The notes below the pieces were generated by a model. The model was not told where the DNA came from. It ran no database searches and worked only from the letters and a program-made list of their open reading frames with translations. Below are positions 9,080-17,672 of a DNA stretch of 36,786 nt, in pieces. The stretch is taken from positions 1 through 36,786 of the forward strand of contig JALTLO010000163.1 of NCBI GenBank assembly GCA_027001995.1. Direction: 5' to 3'. The position numbers were made by a program, and so were the translations under genes. The DNA comes from Planctomycetota bacterium (GTDB lineage Bacteria; Planctomycetota; GCA-002687715; DRQF01). Positions within the stretch are counted from its first letter, which is position 1, and each line of letters begins with the position of its first letter.

Positions 9080-10462
9080 CTACTTGGACTTGGTGAGCGA
9101 TGCGATCAAGTCCTCGACAACTGAATTTAGGTTGGCCACCATGTCTTTCTTCTCGATCGGCTCATTGGAGTACATCATTTCGATGGCGTATTGACCGCAC
9201 ATGATGGTTGCCGATGTCACATCCAGTTCGTTTTTTTGAACGGCGATTTTTTTTGCCGATAACTTGCCGCGCCAATGCTCACCCGAAATCTTATGATAGA
9301 CCGAGCGCGTGATTCTCACTTGGCCCTCCTTCATCAAGTCATCTTTCTTCAACAAGAGCGCTTGTGTCAAACTTAGATAGTCCCGAGCGCTGGCGGCGTT
9401 CCCGAAATCCATGAGCACAAGGGTGATGACCTTGTCACCTCTTCCCAAGACAATGGCAACCCCGCGATTTGCCTTGACCTTACTGAGAATAGGATCTGTT
9501 CTTGGTGGATCTTGGAGAACTGCAAATACACCTTTGAAATGTTGAGCCGAAAGCGACAGTTTTTTTTCCTTCCAGGGTGCTGAAAACTTCTTGGCGAAAG
9601 CACTTGTAACCTTGTCGAAGTCGGGCGCTTTGGCCCGCAAGGTAGGATCGAAATACCACGCCGGAACGGCGAGCTCCATGGTTGACATAGGCGGTCTGAC
9701 GAGTACTTTCTCCACAGCCTTGTCGCCACCAAGTTTGCGAATTTCGTGAAAGAAACGCTCACCATCGTAATACTGGGCGGCCAACTGATCTACCATCGTT
9801 CGAATCAGAATGGATTTGGCGACGTCATCTTTAGTTTCGCCAGGCACAGCACCAATGCTCTTGGTGAACAATTCGAAGGGTACTTTTAGGCCATTCTTTT
9901 CACAGATAGAGCGGGCAACGAATTGCGCATGTCCTTCAATCAGATGAGTCCAAATGATCAGAAGTTCTGGATCCTTCAGGCCATGCATTTTTGTCATAAC
10001 GCCAAATTTCTCGTGATCCATCGCATGACAAAGCTCATGGATCAAAATGGCTGCGAGTGTGTCCCGACGACGAAGTTCAGGCAAGTCCATAAGTATCGAC
10101 ATTTGGGTGATCGCCGATTCATTGACGAAAATAACGTGATTCTTGTATCCATACTTTCCCATGACCGCGGGTGCGAAGAGTTCACTTTGCTTTTTTGCCG
10201 AGGGAGCGTCGGGGAAATTCTGAAATTGCAGTTTGAACTCAGATGCCAGCACCGTGGCAATTTCATTGCTTGAACTGACTTTGATGGTGGGCGCCTTTTT
10301 GAACTTGTACCCCCCATGACGCTCGAATGCCGTCAAGACTTCACCAGCCAGAATCTTGAGGTTCTTTTTCGTGATCTCAAAAGGAACTTCATCTTCTTTC
10401 GGTTCTTGCCCCAAAGCGACAGATTGAGAAATCAAGATAAAAACGCAGATGAACTTAACCAT
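9080..10462 (-). CDS. Secreted putative zinc metallopeptidase (HExxH plus downstream EG) with an uncharacterised C-terminal domain
   Basis: Signal peptide, then LIHELCHAMD followed by LIEGHAQF and QYYDG. Confidence 0.65.
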   Translation of the reverse strand: MVKFICVFILISQSVALGQEPKEDEVPFEITKKNLKILAGEVLTAFERHGGYKFKKAPTIKVSSSNEIATVLASEFKLQFQNFPDAPSAKKQSELFAPAVMGKYGYKNHVIFVNESAITQMSILMDLPELRRRDTLAAILIHELCHAMDHEKFGVMTKMHGLKDPELLIIWTHLIEGHAQFVARSICEKNGLKVPFELFTKSIGAVPGETKDDVAKSILIRTMVDQLAAQYYDGERFFHEIRKLGGDKAVEKVLVRPPMSTMELAVPAWYFDPTLRAKAPDFDKVTSAFAKKFSAPWKEKKLSLSAQHFKGVFAVLQDPPRTDPILSKVKANRGVAIVLGRGDKVITLVLMDFGNAASARDYLSLTQALLLKKDDLMKEGQVRITRSVYHKISGEHWRGKLSAKKIAVQKNELDVTSATIMCGQYAIEMMYSNEPIEKKDMVANLNSVVEDLIASLTKSK

Positions 10463-10836
10463 AGGATTTTCCCTCAGGGGCCGCCTCGATCATAGACACG
10501 AAACTAGGGCGCCAAATAGCTAGATCGGCACAATGGCATTCTACACACATTCAGTGGCGATGGTGGATTCATCCGTTCGAATAAGAGTTTCGAAAGGAAA
10601 ATACTGCGTATGACGATGATTTCAGATGGAAACCCGCTCGGGAAGAAGCTTTTTCTTTGACAGGAGAAAGGAAGAAGGTGCTCTCTCCAACAGGATGGGT
10701 AATGAAATCTGACTCCGACCCATAGTAAAGCTTGGGCGAATCGAGGTCTGGGTTAGCAAAAGAGATCAGACCACAAGCGGGCAACCGGTGCCTTGCAGAG
10801 CCACCAGCCTTGGGGCCGATTCGAAATTTCATTCGT

Positions 10837-11100
10837 CATGATCAATGAGACGATGCCTTCGGCTTGTCAGAGATGGAGGTGGAAGACGAGACTCAGAGTA
10901 AGCGCCATTGCGATCGCTAAGTCGGAAAGCATGGTCTGGCCTCCCCGATTCCCAAACAGCTTGGTATTCATTCATGGCAGAGGAGTTAGTCCACGACGTA
11001 TGATGCCGCGGTTGATGGACCCTTGATCGTATTCGGCGGAGTTGGACACACGATATTTGGTTTTGTAAGGTGGGTGGAGACGAGAACACTTGGGCGACAT
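10837..11100 (-). mobile_element. IS5-family (IS903 group) transposase N-terminal remnant, pseudogene
   Basis: Frame from ATG 11100 (AGGAG upstream): MSPKCSRLHPPYKTKYRVSNSAEYDQGSINRG...*...NRGGQTMLSDLAIAMALTLSLVFHLHL*QAEG. TGA stops lie at 10972-10974 and 10867-10869. It matches the YRVxNWxEY..RG / RGGQ..SDLAI..L.LRQ.EG signature; no DDE domain follows. Confidence 0.8.
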
Positions 11101-11219
11101 CGATCAATCTCCTTGTAGATTCAGAAGATCTATTGGCGTTTGGCGAATGGGGGTCGTGTGATTCGCACCACAAAGCTGCTTGGTGAAAGAGGTGCCGCTC
11201 TTTTTTTGTCACGGCTAGG

Positions 11220-12938
11220 ATGCTCACAATAAAAGGGGCCATTGGCTTGGAGAAATGCGCTTTTCATTTTTTGCTTGTAGGGCTCCTGACCTTGGTGCTT
11301 TTGCCTTCGTTCACAGCGCCTCCTGCATTCACCACGCTCGCCCTTGTTTTCACCTTTCTTGGTTTCGTCTGCGATTGCCTTTTTGGCTTCAAGTCAAAGC
11401 GCCGGACCTCGGCCCCTGGTCTTCTTTTTTGGGGCCCACTTGCCATCCTCACCTACTCCCTCGTTGCCAACCCAGCTACTTGGGCCGGGGTGGAACGCAG
11501 TGTCGTGTGGATGGCATGCTTCTGTGGTGCGGCCTCCTTGGCGAACCAGATAGACAAAAGAGGCAAAACAGAAGTCACCGCTGTCCTTCGATGTCTCGGA
11601 GGAGCCTTGGTCGTCCTCACGGTGCGCGGGATGGCGGAACACCTCTACCTTTTCGATGATCTTCGACGGGAAGCCCTCGCTTACGGATTCACCCCTCCCA
11701 CGGGGGAGCTGGGGGGCTTCTTCACTTCGAATCGAGCCCGAGCCACTTTCGGGCAAGCCAATGGATTTGCTGGATTCTTGTTGCTCTTACTTCCTTTTTG
11801 CTTGAGCTTGGCGAAACATAGGACTGAAAGAGCCAAGAAATGGCTCCCGCTCATCTTGCTCATCGGAGGATTTTGGGCTTGCGGATCAAAAGGGGGCGGC
11901 CTCGTAGCCTTGGTGGTAACTGGTCTCTTCTTGGTAAGACGAAACTCACACCCGCGCTCACGCCTTTTGGGTTCCATTATTCTAGCAGCCGCCCTCGTGG
12001 GAGTCATTCTCTGTGTCTCTGCTCTCATGGATGCCAACCATTTCCTTCCCGCGAGCCTCAACCAAAAATTCGCCACCTTGAAGTTGCGCCAGACCTATTG
12101 GTCAATGGCCATGCCACTTATCAAAGCCGGGGGCTGGGACGGCATCGGCGTAGGTCTTTGGGGCGAATACGTCTCCCCCACTTCGCTGGAAAATTACGCG
12201 CGATTCGCCCACAATGGCTACATTGACCTTGTGGTTGAGCTGGGTTTGGGAGCGATTCTTTTTGGAATCATGGTTGCCATGGTTTGGTTTCGCCCGAAGC
12301 CCCCAGCGCTAGCAATTGAGCCATCCGAACAAGGCCAGTGGACAGCCGCTCTTCCTGGCCTGTTGGCCTTGGCCATCGCTTGCTCCGGATCATCTTTAGG
12401 GCTGAGCACGACAAGCACCTGGGTCACTTCCTTTTTGACGATGGGGAGCCTTCTGCTCCTTGCCGACTTCTTTCTCATGAGACCCCTGATTGACCGGGCT
12501 ACCAAGGAAGTTGGTTTTATTGAAGAGATCACAACCTATGGGGTCTTAGGCGTCCTCCTCCACATCTTGGTTGACTTTGATCTTCACATCACCGGCGTCA
12601 CCGCGACCTTGGCTATTCTCTTGGCCCTCAGAGGGTCTTATATCCCCAAGGTCTCTCCTCGACCTTGGCGTTTTCTACTTCCTGCCATTTTGGTCCTGGG
12701 ATTCCTCTTTTCTTGGGTGACTGGTCCCGCAGAGGTCCAAGCCCAAAGAGCTGGGCCAAGAAAGTGGGACCTTCTTTCTGCCTGGCCTCCGGATTTGCGG
12801 CAGCTCTATACCCTATCGCGCTCGGCCCCAGACAACGCCAAGAAACTCCGTGTCTTGAAGGCTTTTGATGACCTAGAAGATCAATTTTCGCAAGTGCCGA
12901 CGTTCGCTCGCAGGCATCAACAACTTGAGAATCATTAG
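11220..12938 (+). CDS. O-antigen ligase-like (Wzy_C) polytopic membrane protein
   Basis: Many TM segments; RARATFGQANGFAGFL, GSKGG, R..YW, GIGVG and AHNGYIDLVVELG motifs. Start uncertain. Confidence 0.8.
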   Translation: MLTIKGAIGLEKCAFHFLLVGLLTLVLLPSFTAPPAFTTLALVFTFLGFVCDCLFGFKSKRRTSAPGLLFWGPLAILTYSLVANPATWAGVERSVVWMACFCGAASLANQIDKRGKTEVTAVLRCLGGALVVLTVRGMAEHLYLFDDLRREALAYGFTPPTGELGGFFTSNRARATFGQANGFAGFLLLLLPFCLSLAKHRTERAKKWLPLILLIGGFWACGSKGGGLVALVVTGLFLVRRNSHPRSRLLGSIILAAALVGVILCVSALMDANHFLPASLNQKFATLKLRQTYWSMAMPLIKAGGWDGIGVGLWGEYVSPTSLENYARFAHNGYIDLVVELGLGAILFGIMVAMVWFRPKPPALAIEPSEQGQWTAALPGLLALAIACSGSSLGLSTTSTWVTSFLTMGSLLLLADFFLMRPLIDRATKEVGFIEEITTYGVLGVLLHILVDFDLHITGVTATLAILLALRGSYIPKVSPRPWRFLLPAILVLGFLFSWVTGPAEVQAQRAGPRKWDLLSAWPPDLRQLYTLSRSAPDNAKKLRVLKAFDDLEDQFSQVPTFARRHQQLENH

Positions 12939-12977
12939 CCCCTTGTCTCCCAGGCTTGATCTGTCCAGAATCTCTTC

Positions 12978-14057
12978 ATGAGCAACTACAAACCAAGACT
13001 CTTTATCCCAGGCCCCACAGAAGTATTTCCTGAAGTGAGGCAAGCTATGGCGGGCCCCGTCATTTCTCATCGAGGGCCAGAAGTAGAAGAAGTGACCCGC
13101 GATGTCTTTGACAAACTCAAGGTCCTCTTTGGCACCCAGAATGATTGTTACGTCGCCCTCTCTGCGGCTACAGGAATCATGGAGGCCGTAGTTCGCAATT
13201 TGAGTGAGCAAAGGATCTTGGTCGGCGTTTGTGGGGCGTTCAGCGATCGCCAGTTCCAGGTTGCTCTTAAGAACGGCAAGAAAGCTACACCCCTACAAGT
13301 AAAAGCCGGGCAGGTCATTCGGGCAGAAATGGTAGCCGATGCCCTCAAGAAGGATGACTACGACTTGGTGTGCATGGTGCACAGTGAAACAAGTACGGGC
13401 GTACTCAATCCGATCGAAGAGATTGGTCAAGCAGTGGCCGAGCATGACAACACGCTTTTCGCCGTGGACTGTGTCAGTTCCATGGGAGGGGCACCTGTGC
13501 TGGTAGATGACTGGGGTATTGACGTTGCCTTTGCTGGTATCCAAAAAGCTATGGCCTTGCCTCCGGGCTTGGCCATGTTTTCCGTCAGTCCCAAAGCCAT
13601 GGAGCGCTCAAGAGAAGCGGTCAACAAAGGTCAGTACTTCGATTTTGAAAACTACCGAAAAATGGCGACTAAGAATCAAAGCCCTGCAACCACCAACACC
13701 TCCCTCTTGGTTGCCCTCAGATTCCAATTGAATCGCATCTTGGCAGAGGGATTAGAGGCTCGTTGGGACCGTCATGCAAAAATGGCATCCTACGTGAGAG
13801 ACCGCTTAGATCGCTTTAACCTCTTTCCTGATCCCGACTTCATGTCGCCCACCGTGTCCGTTTTTAGGAACGAAGATGGAATCAATATTGCATCTCTTAT
13901 TGACGCCGTGAATAAAACCGGCAAACTGTTTGGAAATGGCTATGGCTCGCTGAAAGAGAAGACATTTCGCATCGGTCACATGGGTGACTTGCAAATCGAA
14001 CATCTCAGTGAGTTCTTGGACTCTTTTGAGGCCTGCTTAGCCGCCACCGGAGCCTAA
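12978..14057 (+). CDS. Class V PLP aminotransferase (alanine-glyoxylate/serine-pyruvate family)
   Basis: IPGPT, SHRG, VHSETSTG, VDCVSS, QKAMALPPG (PLP lysine) and FRIGHMG. Confidence 0.92.
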   Translation: MSNYKPRLFIPGPTEVFPEVRQAMAGPVISHRGPEVEEVTRDVFDKLKVLFGTQNDCYVALSAATGIMEAVVRNLSEQRILVGVCGAFSDRQFQVALKNGKKATPLQVKAGQVIRAEMVADALKKDDYDLVCMVHSETSTGVLNPIEEIGQAVAEHDNTLFAVDCVSSMGGAPVLVDDWGIDVAFAGIQKAMALPPGLAMFSVSPKAMERSREAVNKGQYFDFENYRKMATKNQSPATTNTSLLVALRFQLNRILAEGLEARWDRHAKMASYVRDRLDRFNLFPDPDFMSPTVSVFRNEDGINIASLIDAVNKTGKLFGNGYGSLKEKTFRIGHMGDLQIEHLSEFLDSFEACLAATGA

Positions 14058-14061
14058 ACCC

Positions 14062-14472
14062 ATGACCAACGTTGCCCTGCAAAACTTCACCGCCGAACTT
14101 GTGCACCACTATGAAGTCAATCACCAAGTCAAACTCAGCGATCTGAATTTAGTCGAGCGCTTTGGATTCAATGAAGCCAAGATGATTGAAGCATTCTTGG
14201 AAGGGCGGGTTCTCAAGGACAGCCGGATTGACATTCTGGGTGCGGTTCGTGCTTTGAATGGAGATGATCGGGATGCCTCCGCTATCTTGCTTCTCTGCGC
14301 TGGCCATGACATTTCTCGTCATGGCATCGACGAAGAAGCGATCGTCTTGAATGATCGTCTCATGGGCCGTCTTCAAAACATGGAACGCTTCTTGCGGCGC
14401 ATCGGCAAACTTGAAGAATTTCATGCATGGCTCACGGAAGAAGCCTGCGAAACCCAAAGCGCTCAGGCATAA
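14062..14472 (+). CDS. Hypothetical protein
   Basis: 136-aa ORF 4 nt after the aminotransferase stop, protein-like composition, no recognised motif. Confidence 0.7.
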   Translation: MTNVALQNFTAELVHHYEVNHQVKLSDLNLVERFGFNEAKMIEAFLEGRVLKDSRIDILGAVRALNGDDRDASAILLLCAGHDISRHGIDEEAIVLNDRLMGRLQNMERFLRRIGKLEEFHAWLTEEACETQSAQA

Positions 14473-14510
14473 GAGCAGAGCCTTCGCACTGAGTCATTAT
14501 TCTTTTGGGG

Positions 14511-14545
14511 AAAAAAGGGGACACCTACCGTTTGGTGGGTGTCCC
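14511..14545 (-). terminator. Intrinsic terminator
   Basis: GGGACACCTACC-GTTT-GGTGGGTGTCCC stem with A6 at 14511-14516 (U tract on the minus strand), 15 nt after the stop at 14561. Possibly bidirectional. Confidence 0.8.
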
Positions 14546-14560
14546 TCATCAATTTCTTGA

Positions 14561-15202
14561 TCAGTGAGATTCGAAATTCAAATACGCCCGGAAATCCCGC
14601 AGCGAGTTATCGATTCTCTTTTGTTCTTTGCGAAAGCAAGCTTCCCACAAATCCCGGTTTAGCCCTTCTACCTCGTATTGGAAATTCTCACTCTCAGAAT
14701 ATCCCTTGCGCCAGGTATCAACTGCCTTCGTCATCAGGGTCTTAAAGGTCGATTCGTTTCCGGCTTTACGAGCGTCCAAGGCTCGTTTCCGCAGCTTGTA
14801 ACCTTCAACAAAGTACGCTTCGATTTCTTTCCATGGCCCCATGTCGACTTGAGATCGCAAGGGTCGCAACTTGGCCATATCATAAACCTTCTTCGGAGCA
14901 TTCCTTGGATTGGTCTTCTTGGCTGGCACCTTCTTCTTGGCGAGATTCGATTTCGCCGGTGTTTTAGCCGAGGCTACCTTGTCGACATTAGGTTTCGGTT
15001 TCTTATTGCTGTCATCATCGCTCATCGTCATGAAGACAACAGCAACCACAACCACGAGGCCTATCCCGCCAATAAGCATCGGCGTTGAACTAGAAGATCC
15101 GCCACCACCTCGCCGGGCACTTTGACCACCTCGCGTACGTCCACCACGACTTGCCCGAGAATTCGATCCTCGATTTGATTGTCCACGACGCCCCATTGGC
15201 AT
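14561..15202 (-). CDS. Hypothetical bitopic membrane protein with an R/G/S-rich N-terminal tail
   Basis: Low-complexity RG-rich N-terminus, one TM helix (LIGGIGLVVVVAVVFM), Lys/Pro linker and helical C-terminal domain; GGAG RBS. Confidence 0.8.
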   Translation of the reverse strand: MPMGRRGQSNRGSNSRASRGGRTRGGQSARRGGGGSSSSTPMLIGGIGLVVVVAVVFMTMSDDDSNKKPKPNVDKVASAKTPAKSNLAKKKVPAKKTNPRNAPKKVYDMAKLRPLRSQVDMGPWKEIEAYFVEGYKLRKRALDARKAGNESTFKTLMTKAVDTWRKGYSESENFQYEVEGLNRDLWEACFRKEQKRIDNSLRDFRAYLNFESH

Positions 15203-15319
15203 TGCTCCAAGAAATTAACCGAACTATTTAATCCAATATGAGCGGAAAGTGTAGCGATCCGCAGGCGTTTGACCAACGTTCTGGCTGAAGCCCGCGAAAA
15301 TTTGCTGAATGAACGTCGA

Positions 15320-16690
15320 TTATGCCTCAGAGACCTCAATCAACGCGGCATAGCCCCCGTCTTGCCAAAGTCCTACAGGCAGGGCGTGGCGCTCTTCGAC
15401 CACCCGAAGCCGCCCTTGACCACCCGTGGCTGCGCGCACGATATCCTCATTCTCAGCCGGCAAGATGCTGCAAGTTGAGTACACAAGTCGTGATTTGCCA
15501 GCATGTTCCATCGCCTTGCTCAGAACACGATCAAGCATGGTCTGTTGCAGTTTCGCCAAACTAGCAAGGGTCTCCTTATCCAAACGGTGTCTCGCCTCTG
15601 GACGACGGGACAAGACGCCTGTGTTACTACAAGGGACATCCACCAAATAGGCATCAAAGGGTTCACCTCCCCAAAATGACCGCTGCTTGGTTGCCACGGT
15701 GACGTTTTCTCGAGGACAGCGGGCCAATGTGCTGAGCAAGCGCTCGTTTCCTTGAGAATCGTGAGCATAGGCGACAATCTCTGCTTTTGGAGCAAGTTCT
15801 GCTAAGTGGATGGTTTTGCCCCCGGGAGGGGCACAAAAATCGAGAATGCGCTCACCTTCTGCCGGTGCCAGAAAGGGTGCGACGCTGGCAGCAAATGGCC
15901 CTTGGACCGTCAATTGCCCCTCCTTGAAACCAACAATGGAAACCGGATCAACCCCATGCCCCAAGCCGTAAATATCACCGTGATTCCCAGGAATCGTTTC
16001 CAGGTCTATTCCAGCCTCTGCCACCAAACTTCGCGCTTTCGCTTGCTGGTCTTTTGAACCACAAAAGCGCAAAGCCACTTGAGGCCGCCCATTGGCCAAG
16101 GCCAGGACTTTTTCTGCTACTTCATCTCCCAATGCCTTCACCAAGATCTTCGTGGCCGAAGGTGAAAAACCGTGGGCAATAGCCAAGTAAATCAAAGGGT
16201 CTTGATCTGGATCTGGCAAGAAAGGCCTCTCGGTGACGAACCAAGAATTAGGTTTGATGTTAAGAGAGCGAAGACGCTGCTCCCCTTCTGGGGCCCCATA
16301 AACAATCGAACTTTCTCGGTCGATTTGCCGCAAGATGCCATTGGCAAATCCACGAGCTCGCTTAGAGGGAATCAACTTCAAAGACTCCGACACGGCGGCG
16401 TGGGCGGGTACACCATCCAAGAAGACCAGCTGATAAATTGCGAGACGCAAGATGTTTCTTAACTTGCGCTCAATACGCTTGATGGGAGCATTGGAAAAGG
16501 CGGCAAGGATGCTGTCAATTGTCACCTCTCGACGGGTCGTGCCAGCAACAAGCTCATGAAAGAGCGCCCGGTCCTTGACCTCAACCAGGTCTGCCATCTT
16601 GCGTCGACCAGCACCCAGCCGATTTTCCATGGGCATCGAAAGGAACTTAGCGGCAGCGGCACGGGCGTTCAAATTTGATCGCTTACTCAT
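15320..16690 (-). CDS. rsmB: 16S rRNA m5C methyltransferase RsmB/Sun (NusB-like domain plus MTase)
   Basis: NusB-like LRLAIYQL/GFANGILR, DFCAPPGGKT, DVPCSNTG and YSTCS; overlaps the fmt stop. Confidence 0.9.
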   Translation of the reverse strand: MSKRSNLNARAAAAKFLSMPMENRLGAGRRKMADLVEVKDRALFHELVAGTTRREVTIDSILAAFSNAPIKRIERKLRNILRLAIYQLVFLDGVPAHAAVSESLKLIPSKRARGFANGILRQIDRESSIVYGAPEGEQRLRSLNIKPNSWFVTERPFLPDPDQDPLIYLAIAHGFSPSATKILVKALGDEVAEKVLALANGRPQVALRFCGSKDQQAKARSLVAEAGIDLETIPGNHGDIYGLGHGVDPVSIVGFKEGQLTVQGPFAASVAPFLAPAEGERILDFCAPPGGKTIHLAELAPKAEIVAYAHDSQGNERLLSTLARCPRENVTVATKQRSFWGGEPFDAYLVDVPCSNTGVLSRRPEARHRLDKETLASLAKLQQTMLDRVLSKAMEHAGKSRLVYSTCSILPAENEDIVRAATGGQGRLRVVEERHALPVGLWQDGGYAALIEVSEA

Positions 16691-17642
16691 GGGTCGACCC
16701 TCTTAAGAAAGAACCGACCTCAATGGTGGTTCCGTTCAGGAATTCACTGGCTGTCATCATTCTCTTGCCCGCAGGCTTGAGTTGCTTGATGCGAAGGACT
16801 CCCCGGCCGCAGGCGACCAGAATCCCATCCCCGCTAGCAGCCAAAATCTGTCCCGGCGTTTCAGTCTTCGTGTCTGTACAATCGATTCGGGTTTCCCCAA
16901 GAATGACACGCTTGGCACCAGCCCCCGTATCCAGGTCAGCATAGCAACCCGGCCAAGGGGTGAGCCCTCGGACCTGTCGATGAGCTTGCTCGGCTGAGCC
17001 TCCCAAACATAGGAGGCCATCAGACTTGGCTAGCTTGGGAGCATGACTTGCCTGACTCTCATCCTGGGGCGAGAACTCGAGGTCATTGACAGCCAGACGA
17101 TCAAGAGCCTCAACAATCAATGCAGCTCCCAGCTCAGCCAAACGATCATGAAGTTCACCGGCGGTTTCTTCTGGTTTGGCGGGCAAGCGCCCAATAAGAC
17201 CAACCGGCCCCGTATCTAAACCCTCGTCCATCTTCATGATGCTGACCCCTACTTCCTTATCCCCAGACAGGATCGCTGCATTGATCGGAGAGGCGCCCCG
17301 GTGTTTAGGAAGGATCGATGCGTGAACGTTCAGGCATCCATGGGGTGGGAGCGCCAGAAGCAGAGGCTTGAGGATCTGCCCGAAGGCTGCCACCACCAAG
17401 ACATCCGGATGGTGCTCTCGAATGGCAGCACGAAAACTCCGGGTGTTCACCCGATCCGGTTGAAGTATTGGTAAAGATAGAGATTCGGCCATCGTCTTTA
17501 CTGGGTGAGGTGCTGGCTTTCGGCCCCTCCCAGAACGACGATCAGGCTGGGTCACAACGCAGGAGATGGTGTGGGAACTCTCTGCGATGGCCTTCAGGGA
17601 AGTAGCGGCAAGTTCAGAGGTTCCAAGGAATACGAGTTTCAT
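16683..17642 (-). CDS. fmt: Methionyl-tRNA formyltransferase
   Basis: VVTQPDR..GRG, AAFGQIL, LNVHASILPKHRGASPI, GLDTG and PWPG. Confidence 0.96.
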   Translation of the reverse strand: MKLVFLGTSELAATSLKAIAESSHTISCVVTQPDRRSGRGRKPAPHPVKTMAESLSLPILQPDRVNTRSFRAAIREHHPDVLVVAAFGQILKPLLLALPPHGCLNVHASILPKHRGASPINAAILSGDKEVGVSIMKMDEGLDTGPVGLIGRLPAKPEETAGELHDRLAELGAALIVEALDRLAVNDLEFSPQDESQASHAPKLAKSDGLLCLGGSAEQAHRQVRGLTPWPGCYADLDTGAGAKRVILGETRIDCTDTKTETPGQILAASGDGILVACGRGVLRIKQLKPAGKRMMTASEFLNGTTIEVGSFLRGSTHE

Positions 17643-17672
17643 CGCTGTTTGTAGCGATCTGGGGGATCACAT

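Noticed and set aside
10829..11242. 137-aa minus-strand ORF as a real gene
   Set aside because: It is an alternative frame across the IS remnant.
11255..11659. Alternative ATG plus T6 run as a phase-variable start of the O-antigen-ligase-like gene
   Set aside because: The main frame is already open from 11220, GGAG is only 2 nt from that ATG, and T6 is short for slippage.
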